Made by a program: the position numbers and the translations under genes. Positions 24,711-33,399 of a stretch of 64,000 nt of DNA are shown one piece after another (the stretch's first letter is position 1; each line of letters opens with the position of its first letter). The DNA lies in NCBI GenBank assembly GCA_903917615.1, contig CAIXBH010000172.1, forward strand, positions 5,898 to 69,897, in the 5' to 3' direction. The notes beneath the pieces are model-generated. The model did not search any database. It was not told the origin of the DNA and saw nothing but the letters and a program-made list of their open reading frames with translations. The DNA comes from an uncultured Chloroflexota bacterium (GTDB lineage Bacteria; Chloroflexota; Dehalococcoidia; UBA2979).

Positions 24711-26036
24711 GTGCGACGGCTCGGTCTGGTTCTGTTCTGCGGGCTAATCACCGTGAGCGCGGCTGCGTGCGGCGCCGCCGCGGACGATCCTGTCCGCCCG
24801 ACCGCGACGCTGACACCTGTGCCAACTGCCGATTCGACGCAGATCAGTCCGTCGTCTGAGCGCCGCCCGATCATTCCGGACTTCCCGTCAGTGTCTCCAG
24901 CCAGCGGCGCATCGGGCGCTGCGTCCGACGCGCTCTGCACCCCGACGCGCCCGACGGCAGTGGGTGGTGCGCTCCCGGCGTTGCGCGTTGGCAAGCTCGG
25001 CGTCGCAGCGGTGCACACGGGTACGGAGTTGTCCCTGATCGCACTCGATGGTCCCGGTCAGATGGTTCCCCTGACCTCCGGGAGCCGAAATGCAGACTAC
25101 GCAGGGTCGACCAAGACATCGACCGGTATGGACGTCTATTTCACCAGCGAGGAGTGCCGGACAAACGCCTACGGACGTCGGACCATCACGCTGTACCGCG
25201 TCGCGGTTCCTGGGGGGATCCCGCAGCGCTTGTTCTCGTTTGAGGGCACGGCGAAGGACGATGTCGGGACTATTGCCGCCGTTTCGCCGGATGCGCGGCG
25301 CGTCGCGTATAGCGCTGCATCAGGCCTGCATGTCATGGATCTGTCGTCTGGTAGCGATCGATTGGTCGTGGCCGCGGGGATTGGTTGTGGCACCCCGGGG
25401 CACGGAATCGCTGATTGTTTCGGGCAGTTCTCCCCGTGGTGGATCGCCGATGGGAAGGCGATCCTATACACGCACATTGGCTGGGAATGGTCTTGGCCTA
25501 TGGTGGTCGCCCCGGACCCGCCTGGCCAACCTGTACAAGTTGGCTCCAACGGTTTCGGTCTTGGTAGCGCCCTCGGCAGTGCCCTCTGTGTTGGAGACAC
25601 TCGTTCGGTCGTGGTGCTCGACATCGTGGCGAAGACACGAGTCGCAATCGCTACCTCGCCCGCGGACATGCCGTCACCTGATGGGAGCATCGGCACGGGC
25701 TGTGCGTGGTCAACTCACGGACGACTTGCAGTGGCGTTCAGCGAGTGGCAGCAAGTTCCTCGCGCAGGGGGCGTCGGGACGGACTTGGTCGCGACACATA
25801 TCAGGATTCTCGACTCGAACCGCACCGAACTCGTCGACGTGCGTGGAGATCGAGACCACCAGATCGGCAACGTCATCGGATGGACCGCCGACGGCGAGCA
25901 GGTACTTCTTCGCAAGTACGATCCGGCCACCTCCGCCGAGTTGGCGCTCATGAGCCTCGACGGCACCACGAAACCACTCGCGGTTCCGCTCGCATCGCGA
26001 GACCGAATCCAGGCGGTACTTCCTTGGGCGCCCTAG
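24711..26036 (+). CDS. Putative lipoprotein with TolB/WD40-like propeller repeats
   Basis: Signal peptide with AAAC lipobox, Pro/Thr linker, VSPDARRVAY, PWWIADGKAILY, GWTADGEQVL; more A/T-ending codons than neighbours. Confidence 0.7.
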   Translation: MRRLGLVLFCGLITVSAAACGAAADDPVRPTATLTPVPTADSTQISPSSERRPIIPDFPSVSPASGASGAASDALCTPTRPTAVGGALPALRVGKLGVAAVHTGTELSLIALDGPGQMVPLTSGSRNADYAGSTKTSTGMDVYFTSEECRTNAYGRRTITLYRVAVPGGIPQRLFSFEGTAKDDVGTIAAVSPDARRVAYSAASGLHVMDLSSGSDRLVVAAGIGCGTPGHGIADCFGQFSPWWIADGKAILYTHIGWEWSWPMVVAPDPPGQPVQVGSNGFGLGSALGSALCVGDTRSVVVLDIVAKTRVAIATSPADMPSPDGSIGTGCAWSTHGRLAVAFSEWQQVPRAGGVGTDLVATHIRILDSNRTELVDVRGDRDHQIGNVIGWTADGEQVLLRKYDPATSAELALMSLDGTTKPLAVPLASRDRIQAVLPWAP

Positions 26037-26969
26037 TTAATCCTTGCCGCGGAAGTACGGCAGCACATCCTCCTGCAGCACGCTCAGGTCGTGCTGCAGC
26101 CGCTCACCCTGCGCGGACATGTTGAACACGAAGTGCGTCGCCCCGGCCTCGGCGAACCGCTCGAGGTGCTCGATGATGTCCTGCGCGTTGCCCAGCGCGT
26201 TGTAGCGCTCGGCCATCTCGTACCAGTTGGTCGAGGCGCGCGTGCCGACCGGTCCGCCTCGGGCCCCAGCCTCGGCGAGCGCGGTCGCGTGGTCCTTCGC
26301 GATCGTGACGCCGGTGACGACGCCAATCTGGAGGTTCGAGAGGTCGCGCCCGTACTTGTCGGCGGCGATCTGCTTGATCGTCGCCACCCGCTCCTTCAGC
26401 CCCGGCACGGTGTTCAGGTTCGGGAACCAGCCGTCCGCGTACTTCGCCGCGCGGTCGACGGCCTCGGGCGCGCGGCCGCCCATCCAGATCGGTGGGTGCG
26501 GCTGCTGGAGTGGCTTCGGCATCAACGTGAGGTCGCGCACCTGGTAGTACTTGCCCTCGTAGGTGACGTGGTCCTCAGTCCAGAGGCGCGACAGGATCTC
26601 GAGGCTCTCGTTCGTCCGACGGCCGCGCTCATTCAGCGGGATGTTCAGGTTCTCGAACTCGGGCGGGTAATCGCCGCCGACACCGACTCCGAAGATGAAG
26701 CGACCCCCGGACATGTGGTCGATCTGCGTGACCGCCTTCGCCACCATCAGGGGGTGCCGGAGCGGCAGCACGATGACGCGCGCGCCGATGGTGATGTGAT
26801 CGGTCGCGCCCACCATCGCGCCCAGCTGCGTGAGGATCTCGTTGCCGTTGGTCACGCTGAGCACGTGCTCGCCGACCCATGCCGAGTCGAAGCCGCGTCG
26901 CTCGAGCTCCTTTGCCCAGAAATTCGGCTGCATGGCCGCCGATGCGGCGCCGAACTTGATGGTGGTCAT
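26037..26969 (-). CDS. LLM-class (luciferase-like, possibly F420-dependent) oxidoreductase
   Basis: GFDSAWVGEH, PLRHP, SGGRFIFGVGVG, PKPLQQPHPPIWMGG, YADGW. Confidence 0.92.
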   Translation of the reverse strand: MTTIKFGAASAAMQPNFWAKELERRGFDSAWVGEHVLSVTNGNEILTQLGAMVGATDHITIGARVIVLPLRHPLMVAKAVTQIDHMSGGRFIFGVGVGGDYPPEFENLNIPLNERGRRTNESLEILSRLWTEDHVTYEGKYYQVRDLTLMPKPLQQPHPPIWMGGRAPEAVDRAAKYADGWFPNLNTVPGLKERVATIKQIAADKYGRDLSNLQIGVVTGVTIAKDHATALAEAGARGGPVGTRASTNWYEMAERYNALGNAQDIIEHLERFAEAGATHFVFNMSAQGERLQHDLSVLQEDVLPYFRGKD

Positions 26970-27111
26970 GGGTGCCTCATTTCGCAGTGGGGACGGTGTC
27001 GATGATCCGCGCGTCATCATACGCGTGTTCATCTCGCGCCTGAGCTCCGCCTGAACTGCCAGGGAAGGGGACGCGCTTTACGCCCCCGAATGCGCGGCGC
27101 AGGATGAGGAC

Positions 27112-28614
27112 ATGAGCAGGCGTCGTCCCTCGACAGTTGTACCGGAAGCGGACGCCGCCCTCACGCCGGTGGATCGCCCTGAGCGGCACGTGGTGTTCGC
27201 CCTCATGGCGACCGCGATGCTCATCTACAACATGCAGTACAGCATGGTCGCGGTCGGCCTCGATGCGCTGACGACGGACCTGCACGCGCCGCTCCGCTGG
27301 AGCGGCTGGGTCTTGACCGTGTTCCTGCTCGGGATGGTCGTCTCGCTGCCGGTCGCGGGGCGCTTTGCCGAGCGCTTCGGCGCACGAGCCGTGTTCGCGG
27401 GCGGGTTCGTGTTGTTCACACTGTCCTCGCTCATCTGCGCGGTCGCGCCGAACGTGTTCGTGCTGATCCTCGGACGGCTGGGGCAGGGCGTCGCCGGAGG
27501 CGGGCTGGTGCCGGCGGGCGTGAGCCTGATCGGGGAGGTCTACGCGAACGGCCGCACGCGGGCCATCGGCCTCTACGCCGCGATGATGCCGGGTGCGGCC
27601 GTCCTCGGTCCCGTCGTCGGCGGCGTCGTCGTCGCCACGCTCGGGTGGCGCGCGACGTTCGCCCTGACCGTGCCCATCGGCGCGCTGGCCTCGGTGCTGG
27701 CGTTCTTCATCCTGCCGCCCGGGCAGCGACGGCCGGTGCAGCGCACGGACGGCGTCGGGATCGTCCTGCTCGCCGTGATCATGACGTCGTTCATCTTCGC
27801 GCTGACGGAGCTCGGCCGGCGCGACGCCCCCGCCGACATGCGCGTGGTGGTTGGCTCGTTCCTCCTCTGCGCGGTCGCGCTCGTTCTGTTCCTGCGCCAG
27901 GAGAGCCGGTTCGAGGTCCCCGTGGTGGATCTCGACCTGCTCCGGCGGCCGCCGTTCGCCGCGACCTACCTCATCTCGATGGCCTTCGGTGCGGGGTGGC
28001 AGGGGATCGTGGCGATCGTCCCGCTCTACGCGCAGCAGGGGTACCGCCAGTCGATCGAGGCAAGCGGGGCGCTCTCCGGGCCGCGCGGGCTGGTGATGGT
28101 CGGATGCGCCGCGCTCTCCGCGATGCTGCTGCAGCGGACGGGTTTCCGGAAGCCGATCCTGCTGGGTGTGCTCGGCCTCGGCGCGGTGATGTGGATCATC
28201 AGCCTCGGAATCGCCAACCCGACGATCGCCGGCGTGACGCTGAGCAACTTCTGGTGGCTCCTGCTCATCGTCAGTTCCGCGGGCATCTTCTATGGCCTCG
28301 CGACGCCATCGCTGCAGAACGCGGGCCTCGAGTTGGCGCCGACGCGGATCGCCACGCTGGCCGGACTGCGCGGCATGTTCAACAGCCTCGGTGGCACGAT
28401 CGGTATCGCGGTCGCGGTGATGATCACGTCGCGCTCTTCCGACACCGTCGTCGGCCTGCAGCACGCGTTCGCCGCGATCGGCGCGCTCGTCGCGCTGTCG
28501 GCGATCTGCGTCCCGTGGATCCCCGAGCTCGGCATTGCGAAGCGAACCGGCACGATAGCCCTCCGATCGGACGGGCCCTCGGCCGAGCGCGCCGCCTCGA
28601 CCCGCTCACGCTGA
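27112..28614 (+). CDS. MFS transporter, DHA2-like (14 TM)
   Basis: GRFAERFGAR, GRLGQGVAGG, GPVVGG, PVVDLDLL. Confidence 0.9.
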   Translation: MSRRRPSTVVPEADAALTPVDRPERHVVFALMATAMLIYNMQYSMVAVGLDALTTDLHAPLRWSGWVLTVFLLGMVVSLPVAGRFAERFGARAVFAGGFVLFTLSSLICAVAPNVFVLILGRLGQGVAGGGLVPAGVSLIGEVYANGRTRAIGLYAAMMPGAAVLGPVVGGVVVATLGWRATFALTVPIGALASVLAFFILPPGQRRPVQRTDGVGIVLLAVIMTSFIFALTELGRRDAPADMRVVVGSFLLCAVALVLFLRQESRFEVPVVDLDLLRRPPFAATYLISMAFGAGWQGIVAIVPLYAQQGYRQSIEASGALSGPRGLVMVGCAALSAMLLQRTGFRKPILLGVLGLGAVMWIISLGIANPTIAGVTLSNFWWLLLIVSSAGIFYGLATPSLQNAGLELAPTRIATLAGLRGMFNSLGGTIGIAVAVMITSRSSDTVVGLQHAFAAIGALVALSAICVPWIPELGIAKRTGTIALRSDGPSAERAASTRSR

Positions 28615-28624
28615 TGAGGCCTCG

Positions 28625-29401
28625 ATGAGTCGAACGGTCGTCTTCATTCACGGCGCCTGGATGACCCCCGCGTGCTGGGAGCGCTTCACTGGCCGCTACG
28701 AGGCGCGGGGATGGGCCGTGCTCGCGCCACCGTGGCCACTCGAGGATCGACCGATCGACGAGTTGCGCGCGCAGCCCGACCCGGCGCTTGCCGCGATCGG
28801 CGTGAGCGAGATCGTCGATCACTACGCTGCGGTGATTGCGGCGCTACCGGAGCCTCCGCTGCTCGTCGGGCACTCGTTCGGTGGCCTCTTCGTGCAGATG
28901 CTCCTCGACCGCGGTCTCGGTGCCGCGGGCGTCGCGATCGACCCCGCGCCGCCCCGGTGGGTACTGGCCACCCCGAAGGCGATCTGCGGGAGCCTCTCCG
29001 TGCTCCTGACCCCGTTCGGGTGGCGGAAGACGCTGCGCATGTCATTCGACGCGTTCTCGAAGACGTTCGCCAATCGGGTGCCGGCGGATCAGCAGCGCGC
29101 GGAGTACGACCGACACATTGTGCCGACGCCCGGGCGGATCTTCTTCCAGGACGCGGTGGGGAAGGGGACCGGTGTCCGCTTCAATAATCCGTCGCGTGCT
29201 CCGCTGCTGATCACGGCCGCCTCGGACGACCTGACGGTCGATCCCGCGATGGTCCGCGCCAATTTCCGGAAGTACCGAGGCGCTGCCCTCACAGACTTCC
29301 ATGAGTTTTCGGGGCACAGCCACTTCCTCATCGCCGAGCCCGGCTGGGGGGAGGTCGCGGACTACACCCTCGACTGGGCGGAGATGCACATCCCGGCGTA
29401 G
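28625..29401 (+). CDS. Alpha/beta hydrolase
   Basis: FIHGAW, GHSFGG nucleophile elbow, DDLTV, GHSH. Confidence 0.92.
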   Translation: MSRTVVFIHGAWMTPACWERFTGRYEARGWAVLAPPWPLEDRPIDELRAQPDPALAAIGVSEIVDHYAAVIAALPEPPLLVGHSFGGLFVQMLLDRGLGAAGVAIDPAPPRWVLATPKAICGSLSVLLTPFGWRKTLRMSFDAFSKTFANRVPADQQRAEYDRHIVPTPGRIFFQDAVGKGTGVRFNNPSRAPLLITAASDDLTVDPAMVRANFRKYRGAALTDFHEFSGHSHFLIAEPGWGEVADYTLDWAEMHIPA

Positions 29402-29424
29402 CGATCGCCCGGGCGACCCGGATT

Positions 29425-29440
29425 CGTGACGTTCGTCACA
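29425..29440. promoter_or_regulatory. CRP/FNR- or Rex-like palindrome
   Basis: CGTGA-CGTTCG-TCACA upstream of a TAGGCT -10-like hexamer (29485-29490). Confidence 0.5.
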
Positions 29441-29506
29441 AGTTTCGGGGGCGACGGTCAGCCCGGCATACGGGGAGCCGATGCTAGGCTGCGGGCAGGA
29501 GGCCAC

Positions 29507-29764
29507 ATGAACGGACCGCGTTACACCATCGAAGAGTTGCGCCACGTGCTGACGGATCGGCGGGCCAGCATCGCCGAGACGGTTGTCGGGCAACTCACGG
29601 GCGACGCGGTGCTCGAGGCCGCCATGTTCCAGTTGAAGGACGTCCTGAATCCGGACGGCTCGGTGCGTCTCGACATGCCCGCAGTGCGCGCCCTGATCGG
29701 GGAATGGCTGGACACCGCGGTCACCGAGACCATCAAGTACGCCATCGTCGAACTGGAGGGCTAG
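29507..29764 (+). CDS. Hypothetical protein (85 aa)
   Basis: AGGAGG RBS before ATG, host-like codon usage, no recognised motif. Confidence 0.7.
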   Translation: MNGPRYTIEELRHVLTDRRASIAETVVGQLTGDAVLEAAMFQLKDVLNPDGSVRLDMPAVRALIGEWLDTAVTETIKYAIVELEG

Positions 29765-29843
29765 CCTCCCCCGAACGGGCTCCTCAACGCCGCTCCGGAA
29801 GGAGTATCCTCGCGCCGTTCGCGGGGACGAGGGGAGCCAGATC

Positions 29844-31004
29844 ATGGGTGGACCGCTAGAGGGCATTCGAGTCATCGACGTCAGCGAGGGCGCGCAGGGC
29901 CCCTGGGGTGGGGCCCTGCTGGCCGACCTCGGCGCCGACGTCATCAAGGTCGAGCGGCCGGTGGGCGAGATGATGCGCCACGGCGGGCCGACCAAGCGCG
30001 GCATGCCGCTGCCGCACGCCGGCATGAACCACGGCAAGCGCAACATCGTCCTCGACGTGAAGACCGAGGACGGCATGCTGGCCATGCTCGAACTCGTGAA
30101 GACGGCCGACGTCTTCCTCGAGAACTGGCGGCGCGACGTCGCCCCGCGCATCGGCCTCGACTACGCGTCGCTGATCAAGATCAATCCGAATCTCGTCTAC
30201 GCCTCGGCCAGTGGCTTCGGCGACGGTGGCCGGTACGGCCCGCTCGCGTCGACCGACGGGTTCTCGCAGGCCATGGCCGGGTACTACTCACTGAACGGGC
30301 CGGAGGGCGGTCCGGGCGAGCGCCCGCGGTTCATCGTGATCGACTTCACGTCGCCGCTCACGGCAGTGCAGGCGATCCTCATGGCGCTGTTGGAGCGGGA
30401 CCGCACCGGGCACAGCCAGTGGGTACACGTCTCGCAGCTGCGGACGCTGTTGAGCGTCGGGCAGATCCGCTCCGCCGAGTACTTCATGTCGGGCAACGTG
30501 CCCGTGCCGATGGGCAGCGCGAACGCGTACTGCGTCCCCTCGCAGGGCTTCCGCACCGCGGACAAGCACATCTTTGTCGACTGCCCCACCGAGGAGACGT
30601 GGAAGGCGTTCTGCACGGTCATCGACCTGCCCAAGTTGATCGACGACCCGAAGTTCGCAACGAACGCACTCCGGGTCGAGCACCGCAAGGAGCTCATCCC
30701 GATTCTCGAGAAGGCGATGGTCCGCTTCGAGGGGCACCGGTGGGTCGAGAAGCTCCGCGCGGCGGGTGTTCCGGCGAGCGAGGTGGTGCTCGACATCGAC
30801 GACATGTTCGTTGATGAGCAGATCACGGCGCAGGACCTCATCCAGATCTCCGAGCACGAGGACATCGGGTGGGTCCGGCATAACGCCGTGCCGTGGGACT
30901 TCAGCAAGACCCCGGCCGTCTACGGTCCGCTCTCCGGCAAGATGGACGAGCACCACGACTCGGTCATGGCCGAGATCGACGAGGCGATGTCCGCGCACCG
31001 CTAA
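29844..31004 (+). CDS. Family III CoA-transferase (CaiB/BaiF), catalytic-Asp subunit
   Basis: GPLEGIRVID, LADLGADVIKVE, GKRNIVLD, ENWR, VIDFTS. Confidence 0.93.
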   Translation: MGGPLEGIRVIDVSEGAQGPWGGALLADLGADVIKVERPVGEMMRHGGPTKRGMPLPHAGMNHGKRNIVLDVKTEDGMLAMLELVKTADVFLENWRRDVAPRIGLDYASLIKINPNLVYASASGFGDGGRYGPLASTDGFSQAMAGYYSLNGPEGGPGERPRFIVIDFTSPLTAVQAILMALLERDRTGHSQWVHVSQLRTLLSVGQIRSAEYFMSGNVPVPMGSANAYCVPSQGFRTADKHIFVDCPTEETWKAFCTVIDLPKLIDDPKFATNALRVEHRKELIPILEKAMVRFEGHRWVEKLRAAGVPASEVVLDIDDMFVDEQITAQDLIQISEHEDIGWVRHNAVPWDFSKTPAVYGPLSGKMDEHHDSVMAEIDEAMSAHR

Positions 31005-31096
31005 CAGCCGCGTCCGTCGCGCGAACGGCGGACTTCCGCTCCACAGTCGAGGGTCATCGAGGCCGCAGGCAACTGCGGCCTCGTGAGGGGGATGTC

Positions 31097-32308
31097 ATGG
31101 CTACAGGGCCGCTTCGGGGAATGAAGGTCATCGACCTGACGGTCGGCGACAGCGGACCGTTCATCGGCATGCAGATGGGCGATGGCGGCGCCGACGTGAT
31201 CAAGGTCGAGCCGATCACCGGCGACTGGGCGCGCCCGCTCGGTGGTCCCGGCCTGTTCGATCACGGCGACGGACCGTTGTTCATGGGCATGAACCGCAAC
31301 AAGCGCAGCATTGCGCTCGACCTCGAGACGACCGAGGGGAAGGCAATCGTCCACGCGCTGCTGAAGGACGCGGATGTCCTGATCCACAACTTCCCGAAGG
31401 CCGCGGACGCGAAACGCCTCGGCCTGGACTACGAGAGCCTCGAGAAGGAGAACCCGCGGCTCGTCTACTGCGACTTCTCGATGGTCGGCCGGATTGGGCC
31501 GGAAGCGAACGGTCCGGAGACCGACCTGACCCTGCAGGCTCGCGTCGGGCTGCCGCGGTTCCTCGGTGAACGCGGTGCGCCGCCGAACAAGTTCGGCTCG
31601 AACTACGCCGGCGTCTCGTCTGCGATGTACGCCATGCAGGCGATCCTCGCGGCGCTGTTCTGGCGGAACCGCAGCGGGCAGGGCCAGGCGGTGCACACGT
31701 CCGTGCTGTCCGGCATGCTCGCGACGGAGCAGAACTACCTCACCTCATCGAGCGACCCCGACGGCGATATTCGCGGGTTCCCGGTGTCCCACCTCGAGCC
31801 GCCCTCGCAGGGCCTCGAGACTGCGGGGCAGCGCGTCGAGATGGGCTTCAACTACGCGCGCGACCCCGAGGCGATCGACAAGCTCTTCGACTGGCTCGGC
31901 GTGCTCGACAAGGTGCGCGCCGATCACCCCGAGGTGGCGAGCCGGCACCTCGGCAATCAGGACACGCAGATGCTGCGGCCCTACCTGCTCCCGGCGCTGA
32001 AGACGAAGACGTACCCCGAGGTCTACGACAAGATGATGGAACTCGGCATCCAGTGGGCGCCGGTGCACGACTACGGCTCGATGTACGCCGACCCCGGCAT
32101 CCTCGAGCAGGACGTCGTCCGGACCGTCGAGCACCCAGTGCGCGGGACGGTGAAGGAAGTCAGCCCGTCCTGGGCGATCGACGAGGCACCCGCCGAGATC
32201 CGGCTGGCGCCGCCGCTGCTCGGCGAGCACACCGACGTCATCCTCGGCGAGATCGGCTACGACGCGGCGAAGATCGCGGCACTGCGCGCGAGCAACGTCG
32301 TGAAGTAG
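31097..32308 (+). CDS. Family III CoA-transferase subunit apparently lacking the catalytic Asp
   Basis: GPLRGMKVID, GADVIKVE, NRNKRSIALDL, PPLLGEHT; NYAGVSS at the Asp position. Confidence 0.9.
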   Translation: MATGPLRGMKVIDLTVGDSGPFIGMQMGDGGADVIKVEPITGDWARPLGGPGLFDHGDGPLFMGMNRNKRSIALDLETTEGKAIVHALLKDADVLIHNFPKAADAKRLGLDYESLEKENPRLVYCDFSMVGRIGPEANGPETDLTLQARVGLPRFLGERGAPPNKFGSNYAGVSSAMYAMQAILAALFWRNRSGQGQAVHTSVLSGMLATEQNYLTSSSDPDGDIRGFPVSHLEPPSQGLETAGQRVEMGFNYARDPEAIDKLFDWLGVLDKVRADHPEVASRHLGNQDTQMLRPYLLPALKTKTYPEVYDKMMELGIQWAPVHDYGSMYADPGILEQDVVRTVEHPVRGTVKEVSPSWAIDEAPAEIRLAPPLLGEHTDVILGEIGYDAAKIAALRASNVVK

Positions 32309-32330
32309 GGCGTCGTCGCTGCTGTCCGGT

Positions 32331-32358
32331 CGAGGGCTCCGCTGCGGCGGGGCCCTCG
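32331..32358 (+). terminator. Hairpin after the CoA-transferase pair
   Basis: CGAGGGCTCCGC-TGCG-GCGGGGCCCTCG. Confidence 0.6.
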
Positions 32359-32409
32359 TCGTGTCTGCGCCGAAACACAGGCCTCGCGCTCGGCGCGTAG
32401 GATCGCGCC

Positions 32410-33324
32410 ATGCGGATGCCATGGCCGTTCCGTCAGGCGGGTACGCAGGCCGGGGGATTCCCGGGCGGGCGCGAGGATCGTCGCCAGACGATGCTCCTCG
32501 AGGCATTGCGCGACCTCGCGGTCGGTCGGCGCGGCGTCATCTACGACGTGCCCGCCAGCGAGCGCCCGCGCACGGTGCCCGGCAGCATCTTCGTGCGCGG
32601 CGGCGCCGCGTGGCGACGCTTCCTCGACGCGCGGGAGGCGGTCGACGCCGGCGAGCCTACGCTGCTCATCTCGCTGCGCGTGCTCGACGAGGCCGAGCGG
32701 CATCTCGTCGTCGACTGGGGCACGACATACGCCAACACGTTCCTCCTGGTCGAGCCCCGCGACTGGCGCTGCGACCTGACGGATCCCGAGAACACCTTCT
32801 CCCATCGCCTCGACGACGCGATGGATGCGAGCGTCGCGCTCGCGCCGCCGGGCGATGCCGTCGCGACCGTCGGCTGGACCCGTGGCACGCCGCTCAGCGG
32901 CCTCCTGCACGAGGCGTACGGCGTCTGGCGGTACTGGACGGTGCCATCGCGTCAGGGCGTCACCCGCAGCATCCCGCTCGATCTGGGGGAGGCGGGTGAC
33001 ACGCTCTGGGCGCGGCTCCAGCCGATCCTCGATGAACGTTTCCCACAGGCGTCGTTTGACCGCGCCGTGGCCCGCCTGCGCGCCTCCGACCGCGAGCTCC
33101 TCGGCGGGCCGGTGGCGCGAGCGCGCTCGGTGTTTCGCACGCGCCTCGGGCTGCCGGTGATGCACGACACCGCGTGCGTGGACCGCGCAGTGCGTCACCT
33201 CGTGGACGCCGGCAGCATGCGGGTCATGGCGGCTTCGATGCCGGGCCGTCCGATCTTCGGCGCCGGGCGTCCCGTGCCTGCCGAGGTCACCGACGAGGAG
33301 TTCGCCGGATTCGTGATGATCTGA
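32410..33324 (+). CDS. Hypothetical protein (possible DUF499 C-terminal-like region)
   Basis: 304-aa ORF filling the gap, TAGGAT hexamer 6 nt before ATG; family resemblance is tentative. Confidence 0.7.
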   Translation: MRMPWPFRQAGTQAGGFPGGREDRRQTMLLEALRDLAVGRRGVIYDVPASERPRTVPGSIFVRGGAAWRRFLDAREAVDAGEPTLLISLRVLDEAERHLVVDWGTTYANTFLLVEPRDWRCDLTDPENTFSHRLDDAMDASVALAPPGDAVATVGWTRGTPLSGLLHEAYGVWRYWTVPSRQGVTRSIPLDLGEAGDTLWARLQPILDERFPQASFDRAVARLRASDRELLGGPVARARSVFRTRLGLPVMHDTACVDRAVRHLVDAGSMRVMAASMPGRPIFGAGRPVPAEVTDEEFAGFVMI

Positions 33325-33399
33325 GTGCAGGTGACCGGTTGCCGCGCCCGCCGTAGGGCTATACCCTCTCGTAAACGTGAGGTAGAGTAGCGAGTACCG

